Shown here: positions 34,182-34,636 of the stretch, one piece after another
Layout: each line of letters opens with the position of its first letter
Position numbering within the stretch: the stretch's first letter is position 1
Virus record (IMG/VR): IMGVR_UViG_3300022777_000021
Location: 1 to 34,636 of that record
Length of the DNA stretch: 34,636 nt
Source of the DNA: a virus
Lineage: Duplodnaviria > Caudoviricetes
Strand: one strand, 5' to 3'
Notes under the pieces: generated by a model
The model's database searches: none
Seen by the model: only the letters and a program-made list of their open reading frames with translations
Told to the model about the DNA's origin: nothing
Translations under genes and position numbers: made by a program

Positions 34182-34508
34182 CTACTCGACCGTCGCCGCC
34201 GCGTCAAGCCGCGCTGCGCCGTAGGCCAACACGCGCTCGCCCTCAGCGGTCACGCGCACGCCCTTCGCGTTCGGTGTCGGCTCTCCCGTCACGCGCTCAA
34301 TCAAGCCCTGCGCTAACAGGCCCTCAAGCGCCGCGGAGCTTGTGTTCGGGGCGTCACCGCGGCCGGTGAGTCGCGCGACCGTTTCGCTCGCCTCTTCTCG
34401 CGTCGGGATACGGTCATGCTTGGCGCGGTAGATCGCGGCCGCCATGAGGTAATCCCGCTCCCGCGGGCGGAGTTGGTGGTACTCGTCGGTGGTGAGTGAG
34501 ACGGTCAT
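34182..34508 (-). CDS. MarR-like winged-HTH protein
   Basis: LEGLLAQGLIERV...GVRVTAEGERVL. Confidence 0.8.
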   Translation of the reverse strand: MTVSLTTDEYHQLRPRERDYLMAAAIYRAKHDRIPTREEASETVARLTGRGDAPNTSSAALEGLLAQGLIERVTGEPTPNAKGVRVTAEGERVLAYGAARLDAAATVE

Positions 34509-34636
34509 AGTTCCGCCTCGGACAGCGCCCCGCTACTTGTAAGGTCACTAATCGCCCGATTCTTAGCGCGAGTATCTGCGTACCTCACGAACTCGTTATC
34601 TTCAACGTCCGACTCGGTACGGTACCCCTCGCCGTG
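34505..34636 (-). CDS. C-terminal part of the Rad52/Sak-like annealing protein
   Basis: GEGYRTESDVEDNEFVRYADTRAKNRAISDLTSSGALSEAEL*; joins 434..1 to give ~180 aa. Confidence 0.65.
   Translation of the reverse strand, partial: HGEGYRTESDVEDNEFVRYADTRAKNRAISDLTSSGALSEAEL

Noticed and set aside
1-34636. CRISPR array, IS element, integrase or diversity-generating retroelement
   Set aside because: No regularly spaced repeats and no transposase, recombinase or reverse transcriptase motifs seen.

Overview
The window appears to be a complete, circularly permuted genome (~34.6 kb) of a tailed haloarchaeal virus with siphovirus-type organisation. The proteins are acidic and GC content is high. Positions 1-23 and 34614-34636 are 21/23 identical, and one ORF (Rad52/Sak-like annealing protein) reads in frame across that junction. 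The morphogenesis module runs right to left on the minus strand: TerS, TerL, a 1005-aa portal/MuF fusion, prohead protease/scaffold, decoration protein, HK97-type MCP, neck genes, tail tube, tail chaperones with a +1 TTT-CGC frameshift, a short tape measure protein, distal tail, fibre/adhesin and hub proteins. Many small cassettes with their own promoters interrupt it: RHH/AbrB regulators, Zn-finger microproteins, two DNA methyltransferases and an HTH-metallophosphoesterase. I recognised no integrase, polymerase, primase or helicase. The most unusual signals are non-coding: a twister-like structured RNA directly after the phosphoesterase gene, a related second element, a tRNA top-half mimic, a long structured leader and a candidate origin. 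All product calls come from reading motifs and synteny by eye; no searches or folding programs were run.
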